This document shows positions 50,726 through 62,868 of a stretch of 64,000 nt of DNA, piece after piece. A program made the translations under genes and the position numbers. The DNA lies in the NCBI RefSeq assembly GCF_028368995.1, contig NZ_JAQNDL010000001.1:352001-416000 (forward strand), written 5' to 3'. The DNA is from Nannocystis bainbridge (lineage in GTDB: Bacteria; Myxococcota_A; Polyangia; Nannocystales; Nannocystaceae). How positions within the stretch are numbered: position 1 is the stretch's first letter; every line of letters begins with the position of its first letter. Under the pieces are notes generated by a model that saw nothing but the letters and a program-made list of their open reading frames with translations, made no database searches and was not told the origin of the DNA.

Positions 50726-51625
50726 ATGGACTTCCGCAAGACCTATTTCCTGCTGCCGAACCTGTTCACCCTCACCGGCCTGTTCTGCGGTTTCTACGCG
50801 ATCTCCGTGTGCGCAAGGCTGAGCGACGAGGGTGGGGGCAGCGACGCGCTCTACAAGGCCTCGCTGGCGATCATGCTCGGCCTGTTCTTCGACGCGGCCG
50901 ACGGCCGGATCGCCCGCCTCACCCGCACGCAGTCGGAGCTCGGCCTCCACCTCGACAGCCTGAGCGACCTCGTCACTTTCGGCGTCGCCCCCGGGCTCGT
51001 CATCTACCGCTGGGGCCTCGAGGGCTTCGGCCGCGCGGGCCTCTTCATCGCCTTCCTGTTCGTCGCCGGCGGGGCGTTCCGCCTGGCCCGCTTCAACGTG
51101 CTGTCGCTGCGCGCCATCGACGAGAAGCCCGGCAAGTACATGCTCGGCCTGCCGATCCCGGTGGCGGCGACGGTGCTGATCTCGACGGTGATGGCGTTCC
51201 ACGCGATCGGCATCAACCAGACGACAAACCACATCCTGGTGGCGAGCCTGGTGATCGTGCTGTCGTACTTGATGATCAGCCGGGTCCGCTTCCGCTCGAT
51301 GAAGGACCTGAAGATGACGAAGCGGACCACGGCGGTGGTCGGCCTGCTGCTGGCCAGCGGGGTGCTGGTGGCAGTGCGGATCTCGCGGCCGGCGGTTCTT
51401 ATCCTGCTGGTGGGCTGCTACATCACGCTGGGCCTCATCGAGGAGATGTATCTGCTGCGCAAGGGCCGGGTGGAGCGCCTGCGAGCTGCCCGCGCGCTGG
51501 CGCTGGCGCCGGCGCCGACCGAGGAGGTGGCGAGCGAGTCCGAGGTGCTGGCCGAGCTCGGCATCGATGACGACGCGAGCGCACGCGCGGCTTCGCCGGT
51601 CGAGGGCGCCATCTCGTCGGTCTGA
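50726..51625 (+). CDS. pssA: CDP-diacylglycerol--serine O-phosphatidyltransferase
   Basis: LLPNLFT, FFDAADGRIAR...G..LDSLSDLVTFGVAP, RLARFN, GLPIP. Confidence 0.92.
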   Translation: MDFRKTYFLLPNLFTLTGLFCGFYAISVCARLSDEGGGSDALYKASLAIMLGLFFDAADGRIARLTRTQSELGLHLDSLSDLVTFGVAPGLVIYRWGLEGFGRAGLFIAFLFVAGGAFRLARFNVLSLRAIDEKPGKYMLGLPIPVAATVLISTVMAFHAIGINQTTNHILVASLVIVLSYLMISRVRFRSMKDLKMTKRTTAVVGLLLASGVLVAVRISRPAVLILLVGCYITLGLIEEMYLLRKGRVERLRAARALALAPAPTEEVASESEVLAELGIDDDASARAASPVEGAISSV

Positions 51626-52043
51626 CCTTTCGGCCAGCTCCGCGCTGAGCTCGCGCGGCGTTGGCTCGCTCGGGGGTTCGGCGTCCGGGGTCCTGGGGGC
51701 GCTTGCTTCGCGAATTGCCGACTGCGCCTCGCTGGGGGCCCGAGGAAGGGTCGCCCGCGAGTTCAGCGCCTGGTGAGCGCTCGTACCTCGCGCTCACCCT
51801 GTCTCGTATTCGCGGGCGACCCTTCCTCGGACCCCCGGCACGGCTGCCGCCGTGAGAGGCCGACCCGCCGCCCGGGCTTCGCTGCAGGCTGTCCCTCGGG
51901 GCAGATCGTCGGGCGCCCGTTCGACGGCCAGGTCTGGCCGCCGAACGGACGCCTCTTCACGTCCTCGAGCGGCGTGCCCGCTCCCGCGGCGAGCCTCCCG
52001 GCGGCTCCGACGAGCACGTCCAAGCAGGCGAATCGCTTAGCGG

Positions 52044-52093
52044 TCAGCTGTCCTTACGGACAGACTCATTGCTCAGCTGTCCTTCCGGACAGC
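52044..52093. repeat. Duplicated TCAGCTGTCC-TTNC-GGACAG sites
   Basis: Perfect TGTCC-N4-GGACA at 52049-52062 and 52078-52091. Confidence 0.8.
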
Positions 52094-52675
52094 CGCAGTA
52101 GTCAAACCCGTTCGACCCGATCCTCGTCCGACCCGCAGTCCGATCGCCAGCAGCAGCGCGTAGAGCAGCAGCTCGAGCAGCTCCTGCGCCGCGCGCTCCC
52201 ACGCCGCTGACATGTTGCCGGCCACGAACAGCCCCGCGATCGCCACGAACGCCCACCGCTCGTCGCGGCTCGGTGCGAGTCCGCCGAGCCACCGCCGCGG
52301 GGCCGCGAAGTAGCCGATCAGCGGCAGCGCGAACAGCAGGTACGACGACCCGCGGGCGGCGTTGTGCATGTTGCGGTGGCCGAACGCCCCGGCCATGCGC
52401 TCGCCGATGGTCGTCCAGCCGTACACGCTGCCCCAGTCGACCTCCTCGACCAGCACCAGCGCCAGGAACCCCGCCATCGCCAGCGCCACCGCTCGCCTGT
52501 CCGCCCGCCGGCCCGCCAGCGCCCACGCCACCACCGCCGCCGCCAGTACCGCGTGCGACGCGTGCTCCGCCGGGCCCTCCTTCGCCAGCAGCGCGGCGGT
52601 CCACGCCGGGCTCGTCAGGGCCGCCGTCACGGCCACGGCCGCGATCGTCAGCGCCGTGATCGTCCGCGGGAGCAC
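52073..52675 (-). CDS. Hypothetical membrane protein
   Basis: KEGPAEH, EEVDWG, NMHN, QELLE motifs between TMs; start uncertain. Confidence 0.6.
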   Translation of the reverse strand: MLPRTITALTIAAVAVTAALTSPAWTAALLAKEGPAEHASHAVLAAAVVAWALAGRRADRRAVALAMAGFLALVLVEEVDWGSVYGWTTIGERMAGAFGHRNMHNAARGSSYLLFALPLIGYFAAPRRWLGGLAPSRDERWAFVAIAGLFVAGNMSAAWERAAQELLELLLYALLLAIGLRVGRGSGRTGLTTAAVRKDS

Positions 52676-53049
52676 GACCGGAGCATAGAGGATCTCGAGG
52701 CGGCTGGGCCTGGTCCTCGCGGCGCCGTCGCGTTCGAAGTCGCCGCGGAGGTTCGCGCACCCGCTCGCTGGCGCCCCGTCGCGACCGGGCCCACAAGCAA
52801 GGCGATTTCCCACCCGGGCCGCGGACCACGCGCCGCAGCGGCCCGGTTGGCAGCGAGGCAAGCACGATGCGCAAGCTCGGCACCCCACCTCCGTCCAGCG
52901 CCCTGCTGCTCGAGCGACGGACCCTGCACCTCACCTACGAGCGTCCGCCCGCCCGCGTGCCGTGGCTGACCCCCGTCGTCATCCCCGCGATGGTGGTGCT
53001 GCTGGTCGCCACCGTCCTTATCTACGTGTTCGCCGCGCAGTGATCGACA

Positions 53050-55050
53050 ATGACGACCCCGCCGAAAAGACCTGTCCCCGAGGACAGCGAAGCGACGAGC
53101 CCCGCCGGCCCGCCGTCTTCGCCTGTCCCGGAGGACAGCCTAAGCGCGGTCGTCGCGGAGGACAGCCTCGGCGCGGTGGTCCCCCGCGCGCACGGACCCG
53201 AGGCGCCGCCGCCACCTGTCCCCGAGGCCAGTCGCGCGAGCCCCTCTTCGTCATCACCTGTCCCCGAGGACAGCCACGGCGCCGCGCTGCCCTCATCACA
53301 TGTCCCCGAGGACAGCCCACGCGAGGCTCCCGCGGAGGCCCGTGCGGCCGCTCCCGACGCGCCATCTGTCCCCGAGGACAGCCCCGCTTCGCCTCGCGAG
53401 ATCGTCATCCCTCGGCTCGAGGAGCGGCTGAGCGTCGGCGCTCGCGTGCGCGAGCAGGGCCGCGTGCGCGTCGACAAGACCGTCGACGCCCGCGACCAGC
53501 AGGTCGAGCTCGCCAGCGTCGAGGAGCACGTGGTCAGCTGGCGGGTCCCGATCGGTCGCCCGGTCGAGGCCCCGGCGCCGGTCCGCCGCGAGGGCGACAC
53601 CTTGATCCTGCCGGTCCACGAGGAGGTCGTGGTCGTGCAGAAGCAACTCGTCCTCCGCGAGGAGCTGCACATCCGCGTGCATCGCGTGCCCCTCCACGAG
53701 CAGCAGACGCTGCGGCTCCGCGCCGAGGCGATCTCTGTCACCCACAACCGAACCACCCCAGGAGAAGCCGCCATGAAAACCGTCATCGGTCTGTTCGACG
53801 ATTTTACCGACGCGCAGGCCGTCGTCACCGCCCTGCTCAAGCGCAACATCGATCGCGCGGACGTGAGCGTCGTCGCCAACAACCTCGAGAACATCCCGAT
53901 CAACCTCGACAAAGATCCGTCCGAGGGGCGCCACGAGGCGATGGCCGAGAGCGCCAAGACCGGCGCCGGCACCGGCGCGATCGTCGGCACCGGCGTCGGC
54001 GGTGTGCTCGGCTTCCTCGCCGGCATCGGCTCGATCTTCATCCCCGGCGTCGGCCCGATCGTCGCCGCCGGCCCGCTGCTCGCGGCCCTCACCGGCGCCG
54101 GCGTCGGGGCTGCCGCCGGCGCCGCGCTCGGCGGCCTCGTCGGCGCGCTGACCCAGGCCGGCGTGCCCGAGCACGACGCCCACTTCTACGCCGAGGCCGT
54201 GCGCCGCGGCGGCACCCTCGTGCTCGTGCAGTCCGCGGACGAGCGCGCCTCCGACGTCGCCTCGATGATGAGCGGCGCGGGCGCGGTCGACGTCGATCGC
54301 CGCCGCGAACACTTCCACGCCACCGGCTACAAGGGCTACGAGCCGACGACCAAGCCGTACACGATGGAGCAGGTGTCGCGCGAGCGTCAGACCTACCGCG
54401 CCCAGCCGGCCGCCACCGGGGCGACCATGCGGACGCAGCAACCGGCGCCCTCGCAGGGTCAGCGGCCGACCGAGGCGTCGGGCACGATCGGCGCCAAGGG
54501 CACGACCGGCGCGGCGCAGAAGATGGAGCAGCCGCACTTCAAGGACGCCTCGATGGAGATGAAGGTCGTCGAGGAGGACCTGCTGGTCGGCAAGCGCGTC
54601 GTCGAACACGGCCGCGTCCGCGTCTACGCGCGGGTCACCGAGCGCCCGGTCGAGGAGCAGGTCAGCCTGCGCGAGGAGCACGTGACGGTGAAGCGCCGGC
54701 CCGTCGACCGCCCGGCCACCGGCGAGGACATGGGCGCCTTCCGCGAGTCCTCCATGGAGATGACCGAGTACGCCGAGGAGGCCGTGGTCGCCAAGGAGGC
54801 GCGCGTGGTCGAGGAGGTCGTGGTCGGCCGCGAGGTCGAGACGCGCACCGAGACCGTGCGCGACAAGGTGCGGCGCACCGACGTCGAGGTCGTCGAGGAG
54901 CCGACGCCGGCCACGACGGTCTCGACCACGCCGATGCACAAGGTCGCCGGCACCGCCCAGCCCGCCCAGCCCGCCCAGCCCGCCGCCACCAACCGGCCGA
55001 TGCCGCCGCCGCCGCCGCAGGGGCAGAAGCGACGCGCCTCCGGCAGTTGA
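53050..55050 (+). CDS. YsnF/AvaK (DUF2382) general-stress-like protein; probable fusion with an internal start at 53773
   Basis: Two DUF2382-like segments (LEERLSVG.., [30 protein letters not shown]) flanking a Gly-zipper domain ([12 protein letters not shown]). Confidence 0.8.
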   Translation: MTTPPKRPVPEDSEATSPAGPPSSPVPEDSLSAVVAEDSLGAVVPRAHGPEAPPPPVPEASRASPSSSSPVPEDSHGAALPSSHVPEDSPREAPAEARAAAPDAPSVPEDSPASPREIVIPRLEERLSVGARVREQGRVRVDKTVDARDQQVELASVEEHVVSWRVPIGRPVEAPAPVRREGDTLILPVHEEVVVVQKQLVLREELHIRVHRVPLHEQQTLRLRAEAISVTHNRTTPGEAAMKTVIGLFDDFTDAQAVVTALLKRNIDRADVSVVANNLENIPINLDKDPSEGRHEAMAESAKTGAGTGAIVGTGVGGVLGFLAGIGSIFIPGVGPIVAAGPLLAALTGAGVGAAAGAALGGLVGALTQAGVPEHDAHFYAEAVRRGGTLVLVQSADERASDVASMMSGAGAVDVDRRREHFHATGYKGYEPTTKPYTMEQVSRERQTYRAQPAATGATMRTQQPAPSQGQRPTEASGTIGAKGTTGAAQKMEQPHFKDASMEMKVVEEDLLVGKRVVEHGRVRVYARVTERPVEEQVSLREEHVTVKRRPVDRPATGEDMGAFRESSMEMTEYAEEAVVAKEARVVEEVVVGREVETRTETVRDKVRRTDVEVVEEPTPATTVSTTPMHKVAGTAQPAQPAQPAATNRPMPPPPPQGQKRRASGS

Positions 55051-55171
55051 ACCGCTTACCCGCGAGGGTTTCGGCGATAGGCCGGGCCCTCGCCGGACAT
55101 GCCCGTAAGAACATGTCCGCTCCCGCCGCGTCCCGCCAGGGACGCGGATTTTTTCGCTATCCTCGCGCGCG

Positions 55172-58100
55172 GTGCCGCCCGTGATCGCCTTCGCCGCCGT
55201 GCTCGTCGCGTTCGCGCGGCGCTGGCACGTGCGCTGCGGCCCGCTCGCCTGCGCCGAGTCGCTCGCCCTCGTCGCCGCCGTCGCGCTCGGCGGGCTCGGC
55301 CTGCTCGCCGCGCTGCTGGCCGTCGCCGGCATCTTCTCGGCCCCGTCGTTCTCGTTCACCGCGTTCGCCCTGGCGGTCCTCGCCTGGCCTTGGGGACAGC
55401 GAGCGCCCGCGCGCCGCACCGCCCGCGACCTGCCGCGCGCCGCCGGCCTGCTCGCGCTGCTGCTCGTCGCCGCCGCCCTGCGCTGGCCGCCGATCCCCGC
55501 CGACCTCGGCGGCCGCGATCAGGGCACCTACGTGCTCCGCGCCCGCCACACCCTGCGCACCGGCCGGACCGGCCACACCGACCCGGTCCTCGCCCGCGCC
55601 GGCGCCGAGGCCGAGCTGCGACCTGGCCCCGGGGACATCCTCGGCCTCTACCACGCCGATCGCAGCCCCGCCCGCGTCGGCCGCTACGAGGGCGCCTATC
55701 GCCCCGGCTTTTACCTCACCCGCCGCGACGACGGCGAGGTCGTGCCGCAGTTCCTGCACCTCCACCCGTCGCTGCTGGCGCTGTTCGGCCTGGTCTTTGG
55801 GCCATGGTCGATGGGACTGGTCGCACCGCTCGCCGGCGTGCTCTCGGCGCTCGCGCTGTGGGCCCTCGGCGAGCGCCTGTGGCCGCGCGCCGGCGCCTCG
55901 TGGCTGGCCGCCGGCCTGTTCACGCTGTCGCCGATCGCCGTGTGGACCGCCCGCACCCCGCTCACCGAGTCACTCACCGGCCTGCTGCTGCTCGCCGCCG
56001 CCCTCGCGGTCGCCCGCGGCCTCGCATCACGCGACCCCCCCCGCGAAGCTGCCGACGCCAGCAGCGGCTCACGCACCTCCCTCCCCACGTCGGCCGCCCG
56101 CAGCTCCGATCCCGCCGCCAGCTCCGTCCCCGACGCCGCACCGCGCTCCGACCCCGCGCACGGCCTCGAGCTCACCGCCGCCCTGCTGCTCGGCCTCGCC
56201 GGCTTCGTGCGCGGCAACCTGTGGCTGTCCGCCCCGGCCCTGCTCGCCGTCCTGTGGCTGCGCCCCGGACCTGGCCCTCGCCGCATGTCCGCGCCGACCT
56301 TGCTGCTCGGTCTGCTGCTCGCCAGCCTCGCGCTCCACCTCGCCACCGGGTACCCGTACCTTCACGACGAGTTCAAGCGCCAGCTCGGCCCCGTCGCCGC
56401 GCTCTCGGCCGGCGGCGCCCTCGTCCTCGGCGCCGTGGCGATCGCCATCTACCTCGCCCTCGACGCCGCCCTCGATCGCCTCCGCGGCCGCGTGCGCCGG
56501 CTCCCGCTCGTGCTCGCCGTGCTCGCCGCCCTCGGCGCTCTCGCCTGGCTGCTCCTGCGCGCCCCCGGCCCGCCGTGGAGCCGCCTCGACCCGGCGCTGC
56601 CGCTGCTCGGTGTCCCGCTCCTGCTCGCCGCCGGCCTCGGCCTGGTCGTGTTCGCCCGCCTGCGCCCCGTCGCCACCACGCCGATCGTCTGGCTGCTCGC
56701 GCTCGCCACCCTCCCCGTCACCGCCCTCGCCCTCTACGCCCAGCGCAACCTGCCCCAGGTCGGCCTCTACTACTACGGCCGCTACCTCGTGCCCGAGCTG
56801 CTGCCGGCCGCCTGCCTGCTGGCCGCACTCGCGCTCATGCATGTCCATCGGGCCATGTCCCGAAGGACCGGTCTCTCGCGACATGCGCGAAAGGTCAGCC
56901 TCGTCCTCGGCCTCGGCCTGCTGGTCGCCCAGGCCCTGCCTTACCTGCGCCACCCGGCCACCCGCCTGCAGGAGTTCGCCGGCGCCGAGCGGCTGATCGA
57001 CGACCTCGCCGCCGAGCTGCCCGAGCGCGCCGTCGTGCTCGCCGGCGGCGAGGGCTGGCACCACGTCCACGTGTTCAGCCAGCTGGGCGGCGCGCTCGCC
57101 TTCGGCCACGGCCGCACCGTCCTGCCCTACCGCAGCCGCGAGGCCGCCTACGCCGCGCTTCACGAGCTCCTCGTCGCCGGGCCCGCCGCCAGCGGCGACG
57201 ATCCGCCGCCCGTCTACCTCCTGCTGGGCGAGGCCACCCACCCGCTGCGCCTGCCCGGCCAGGCCGCCCCGCTCGCGCTCGTCGACGACCTCCTGCCGCC
57301 GCCGTTCGTCGCCCGTCCTGTCGCCTTCGCCGAGCTCTACCTCGACCGCCTCACCCCCGTCGATGACCGGCTCCCCGACCGCGTCACCCGCACCGACCTG
57401 CGCGTCGGCCTGCTCGAGGTCCGCGTCGACCCGGCCCGGCGCGCCGCCGTCCGCAGCTGGCGGATCGACGCCGGCCGCGCCGTCGGACCTGGCCCTTTGA
57501 ACCTGTCCTCTTATTACTTGCCCGACGGACAGACCTGCCTCGACCTCGAGCACCCGCTGGTCCTCGACCTCCCGCCCGGCGACGGCCCCGGCTCGCTCGT
57601 GCTCGTCGCCCAGCCCGGCGGCGACACCCCCGCCTGGCGGATCGTCGTCGACGGTCAGCCCGTCGCCCTCGATCCGCCTGGCCCCGGCCCCGCGCGCGCC
57701 CGCGACACTCTCGGCCCGATCGCCTTCGCTGCGCCCCCGCGCCGCGTCGAGCTGTGGGGCAGCCCCCGCCCGCGCGACGACCTCGCCTGCCCTCACGGCG
57801 GTCTCGCCGAGGTCCGCCTGCTCGGCCCCGATCGCGGCCCCGACGAACCCACCCCGGCCTGGGCCCGCACCTACAGCCCGCCGCACGACCTCGGCCACCG
57901 CGTCACCCCGGCCCGCTTCGCCCCCGGCCGGGCCCTCACGCGCCTGCGCTCCGGCCTGGACCGCGCCCGCGAGCTCGACGGCCCCTCGCTGGTGGTCCGC
58001 GCCGGCGACCCGCTGACCTTCCCCATCGAACATGTCCCGAGCGCCAGCTCGATCAGCCTCGCCGTGACCCTCCGCGGCACTCGCCTGAGCCCGTCCGGCC

Positions 58101-58300
58101 GCGTGCGCGTGCTCGCCGACGACGCGCTGCTGCTCGAGCTCGACCCCCCCGACGAGCAGCCCGGCGTGTGGCACTCGCCGCCGACGAGCGTCGCCCTGCC
58201 TGGCCCGGCCCCGCGGCTGCGGGTGGAAGTCCACGATCCCGAGCGCCCCGACGCCCACGTCGCCGTCCGCGACCTGGTGCTGTTCGCCACGCCCGACTGA
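55172..58300 (+). CDS. Large polytopic membrane protein, probable GT-C glycosyltransferase with C-terminal extracytoplasmic domains
   Basis: GGRDQGTY first loop, VPQFLHLHP, ARTPLTES, YYYGRYLVP; many TMs. Confidence 0.6.
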   Translation: MPPVIAFAAVLVAFARRWHVRCGPLACAESLALVAAVALGGLGLLAALLAVAGIFSAPSFSFTAFALAVLAWPWGQRAPARRTARDLPRAAGLLALLLVAAALRWPPIPADLGGRDQGTYVLRARHTLRTGRTGHTDPVLARAGAEAELRPGPGDILGLYHADRSPARVGRYEGAYRPGFYLTRRDDGEVVPQFLHLHPSLLALFGLVFGPWSMGLVAPLAGVLSALALWALGERLWPRAGASWLAAGLFTLSPIAVWTARTPLTESLTGLLLLAAALAVARGLASRDPPREAADASSGSRTSLPTSAARSSDPAASSVPDAAPRSDPAHGLELTAALLLGLAGFVRGNLWLSAPALLAVLWLRPGPGPRRMSAPTLLLGLLLASLALHLATGYPYLHDEFKRQLGPVAALSAGGALVLGAVAIAIYLALDAALDRLRGRVRRLPLVLAVLAALGALAWLLLRAPGPPWSRLDPALPLLGVPLLLAAGLGLVVFARLRPVATTPIVWLLALATLPVTALALYAQRNLPQVGLYYYGRYLVPELLPAACLLAALALMHVHRAMSRRTGLSRHARKVSLVLGLGLLVAQALPYLRHPATRLQEFAGAERLIDDLAAELPERAVVLAGGEGWHHVHVFSQLGGALAFGHGRTVLPYRSREAAYAALHELLVAGPAASGDDPPPVYLLLGEATHPLRLPGQAAPLALVDDLLPPPFVARPVAFAELYLDRLTPVDDRLPDRVTRTDLRVGLLEVRVDPARRAAVRSWRIDAGRAVGPGPLNLSSYYLPDGQTCLDLEHPLVLDLPPGDGPGSLVLVAQPGGDTPAWRIVVDGQPVALDPPGPGPARARDTLGPIAFAAPPRRVELWGSPRPRDDLACPHGGLAEVRLLGPDRGPDEPTPAWARTYSPPHDLGHRVTPARFAPGRALTRLRSGLDRARELDGPSLVVRAGDPLTFPIEHVPSASSISLAVTLRGTRLSPSGRVRVLADDALLLELDPPDEQPGVWHSPPTSVALPGPAPRLRVEVHDPERPDAHVAVRDLVLFATPD

Positions 58301-58374
58301 ACATCGTTACCTGTCGTCAGGGACATCCGCCCTGCGCTTGACCCGCCGCCGACCGCCGCGGTACCCCGGGTGCG

Positions 58375-58677
58375 ATGTTCCGCCCGACCCCCCTCAAGCT
58401 GATCCTCGGCCTCGTGCTGGTCGGCGCCACCTACTTCGTGGCCGCCAACTCGCACATGGACATCTTCCCCTGCAAGAAGACCCGCGAGGACCTGGTAACC
58501 CGTCGCCTCGTGACCGACGAGTCCACCTGCAGCATCCTGCAGACCCACGGCGACTACTACCAGCCGCCGGAGAGCGCCAAGCTCACCGAGGCCGGCTGGG
58601 CCACCGCCGTGGTCGTGATCGGCCTGGTCCCCCTGCTGCTCGGCTTCGCCATCGGCTCCCGCTTCTCGAAGAAGTGA
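58375..58677 (+). CDS. Small membrane protein
   Basis: Two TMs, two Cys, high GC3. Confidence 0.65.
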   Translation: MFRPTPLKLILGLVLVGATYFVAANSHMDIFPCKKTREDLVTRRLVTDESTCSILQTHGDYYQPPESAKLTEAGWATAVVVIGLVPLLLGFAIGSRFSKK

Positions 58678-58752
58678 GCCTGCCCTCGAGGACATGCCTG
58701 AACGGACATGTCCCCTTCGCCATGCCCGATCGGGCATGTCCCTTCAGACATC
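58676..58752. repeat. 14-bp-phased palindrome array
   Basis: Cores at 58679, 58693, 58707, 58721, 58735, 58749; convergent junction. Confidence 0.92.
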
Positions 58753-58784
58753 GGTGGCGAGCGCTGCCCCGCCGCGCTCGCCGC

Positions 58785-60113
58785 TCACTCCCCGCCAGGC
58801 GAGCGGTTGAGCCAGAAGAACACCCGGCCCTCGCTGCCGACCTTCAGCACCGCGCCGATGTCGATGCGGCCGTCGCCGTCGTAGTCGAGCGGCTCGAGGT
58901 CGACGATCTCGCCGCTGACCTCGCCTGCGGGCGCCAGCGCGTACTCGACCTGTCCGGGCGTCAGATCGGGGGTGCGGACCAGCACGCTGATCGCGTTGAG
59001 GCCGGTGCCGTCGACGTCGTGGGCCACCGCGACATCGACCTCGCCGTCGCCGGTGAAGTCGCCGAGCACCGCGTCGCGGATCTCCTGGCCGACCTCGAAG
59101 AACTGCGGCGCTTCGAACAAGAGCGGCTCGCTGCGGCGCTGGCGGACCACCGAGATCCCGCGGGCCGTCGGGTGCACCGCGACCAGGTCGACATCGCCGT
59201 CGCCGTCGAGGTCGTCGAGCAGAACCCGGCGGATCTCGTAGTGTGACAGCGGGATGTCGAGGCGCTCGGCCTCGTCGGCCTTCATGGTGAACGCGTCCTT
59301 GCTCACCAGGTAGATCGCCAGCGACTCGTGCTCGCTGTCCTTCGGCCTGTGCGCGGCCACGATGTCCTCGAACCCGAGCCCGTCGAGCTGGGCGACGTTG
59401 ACCGCGTGGATCCCGGTGAGCTCCGGGATCTGCAGCCCCACCCGGCGCTGCAGCGCGAACAGGGCCCCGTCGTCGGCCGCGACCACGATCCCGTCGAGCG
59501 GCTCCTCGTCGGGCTTGTCCTTCGGCGCCGGTCCGCTCTCGCAGCCGATCGCCAGGCCGGTCGTCTTCTCCACCCCGACCACGTCGAGCGTCTCGATGCT
59601 GTTCGGCGCCGGGCAGTTGCCCCACGGCACCAGCGTCGCCGCGTCGAACTGCTCCGGCGACGTGCGCGCGAACATGTCGCCGCCGTTGTGGAACCCGAAC
59701 ACCTTGCCGGCCGTGCCGGTCGCCGGCGTGCCCGCGGTCACCCCGAGCAGGTCGTCGCCGTGGCCCTCGCCGAAGAAGCGGGCCGCCGCGATCGCCTCGA
59801 TGCGGCCCGCCATCTCGAGCTCGGCGCTGAGCTCGGTCTTCTGCGCGCGCGTCGTGTGGATCTGGATGCGCCCGAGGTCGAGCAGCACCGCGAAGTCGTT
59901 GTCCACGCCCTCGTCGTCGAAGTCGCCGCGCAGCAGCCGACGCGGCGCGATCGGCAGCTCCAGCGGCGCCCCGGCGCGCGGCATGCACACGTGATGCGGC
60001 GTGTGCAGCCCGCCCTCGCCCGCGTTCGCCCCGCAGTCGGGCAGCGGTTCGACCTGAAAGCAGCTGGCCGCCGCGATCGCGGCGACGGGGAGCGAACTGA
60101 GACGCGCGCGCAT
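58785..60113 (-). CDS. FG-GAP repeat lipoprotein
   Basis: Lipobox AASC; DLDGDGDVDL, GDFTGDGEVDV, DYDGDGRIDI. Confidence 0.8.
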   Translation of the reverse strand: MRARLSSLPVAAIAAASCFQVEPLPDCGANAGEGGLHTPHHVCMPRAGAPLELPIAPRRLLRGDFDDEGVDNDFAVLLDLGRIQIHTTRAQKTELSAELEMAGRIEAIAAARFFGEGHGDDLLGVTAGTPATGTAGKVFGFHNGGDMFARTSPEQFDAATLVPWGNCPAPNSIETLDVVGVEKTTGLAIGCESGPAPKDKPDEEPLDGIVVAADDGALFALQRRVGLQIPELTGIHAVNVAQLDGLGFEDIVAAHRPKDSEHESLAIYLVSKDAFTMKADEAERLDIPLSHYEIRRVLLDDLDGDGDVDLVAVHPTARGISVVRQRRSEPLLFEAPQFFEVGQEIRDAVLGDFTGDGEVDVAVAHDVDGTGLNAISVLVRTPDLTPGQVEYALAPAGEVSGEIVDLEPLDYDGDGRIDIGAVLKVGSEGRVFFWLNRSPGGE

Positions 60114-60122
60114 GGACCTCCG

Positions 60123-60989
60123 CTAGAACGCCACCGCCAGGCCACCCGGCCGCACCTGGGCGCGCCGCGGCCCGGCCCGGTCGCCGCGCACCGCGTCGAC
60201 CACCACCAGCGCCACGCCTGCCAGCGCCAGCGCCCCGCCGACCCCGATGCCCACGAACGCCAGCGTGCGCGCCGATTGATAGTGATCGGCATACAGCTGC
60301 TCGCGCCCCGAGGGCAGCGGCACGTACTGACCCTCCTCGCGCCGCTGATCGTCGATGCGCCCGGCGCTGACCAGCCCGGCCGCGCCGAGACCTGTCCCGA
60401 GGGCCAGGCCCGCGCCGATCAGCGCGTAGCCGGCGATCCCGGGCGCGCGCGGGCGATACGGCTGCGCCTGCTTCGACTCGAGCTCCGGCCCCGGCGCCGG
60501 CCTTTCGGGCTGCGTCGCGCCCCCCGCCGGCGGCATCGCGGCCAGCTGGGCGTCGATCGCCGCCACCCGGGCGCGCGCGTCGCGGGCGTCGCTGCCGGCC
60601 GCCTCGCTGATCTTGGCGAAGTTGAGGAACAGCACCCGCGCTCGCCGCAGGTACGCCGGATCGGGCTCGACCTCGTGGCGCTTGCTGTACGCCTGACCGA
60701 GGTTGTAGAGCAGCGCCTCGGCGCGGCTCAGCTCGTACGCCGCCTCGAACTTCTCGAGCGCCACCTCGAACTTGCCGAGGTTGTAGGCCTGCGAGCCCTC
60801 CTCGAACAGCCGCTGCGCCTCCGCCTCATCGGTGCTCGCCGCTGGCCCCTGGCGCGCCGCCGCCGGCCCCGGGGCGGCCGCCGCGAGGCTCAGGGCGATC
60901 GCCGCGACCAGCCGAAAAAACCGCGTCTGCGCGAGGATTCGGCCGTTCTGACGCCTCCGTCCGCGCGAGAGCACGCCCGACGCTACCAC
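60123..60989 (-). CDS. Secreted TPR protein with C-terminal hydrophobic segments
   Basis: AQRLFEEGSQAYNLGKFEVALEKFEAAYELS..LLYNLGQ; start uncertain. Confidence 0.75.
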   Translation of the reverse strand: MVASGVLSRGRRRQNGRILAQTRFFRLVAAIALSLAAAAPGPAAARQGPAASTDEAEAQRLFEEGSQAYNLGKFEVALEKFEAAYELSRAEALLYNLGQAYSKRHEVEPDPAYLRRARVLFLNFAKISEAAGSDARDARARVAAIDAQLAAMPPAGGATQPERPAPGPELESKQAQPYRPRAPGIAGYALIGAGLALGTGLGAAGLVSAGRIDDQRREEGQYVPLPSGREQLYADHYQSARTLAFVGIGVGGALALAGVALVVVDAVRGDRAGPRRAQVRPGGLAVAF

Positions 60990-61132
60990 CTCCGGCGAAG
61001 CAGCGACAAGCGGGCTGCGTCCGCCCCGCGCGTTATCGACCGCACGCGCGCACCGGCGCCGCCCGACCTTCACGGCCGCGGGCCGACAGTGCCACACTGC
61101 ACCTCCGGCGCCCGTGCGCGCACGGAGCCGCG

Positions 61133-62821
<1,689 letters not shown>

Positions 62822-62868
62822 GCGCGGTGATGACACGCGCGCTCGGCCGGGCGGTTACACTGCCCCGC

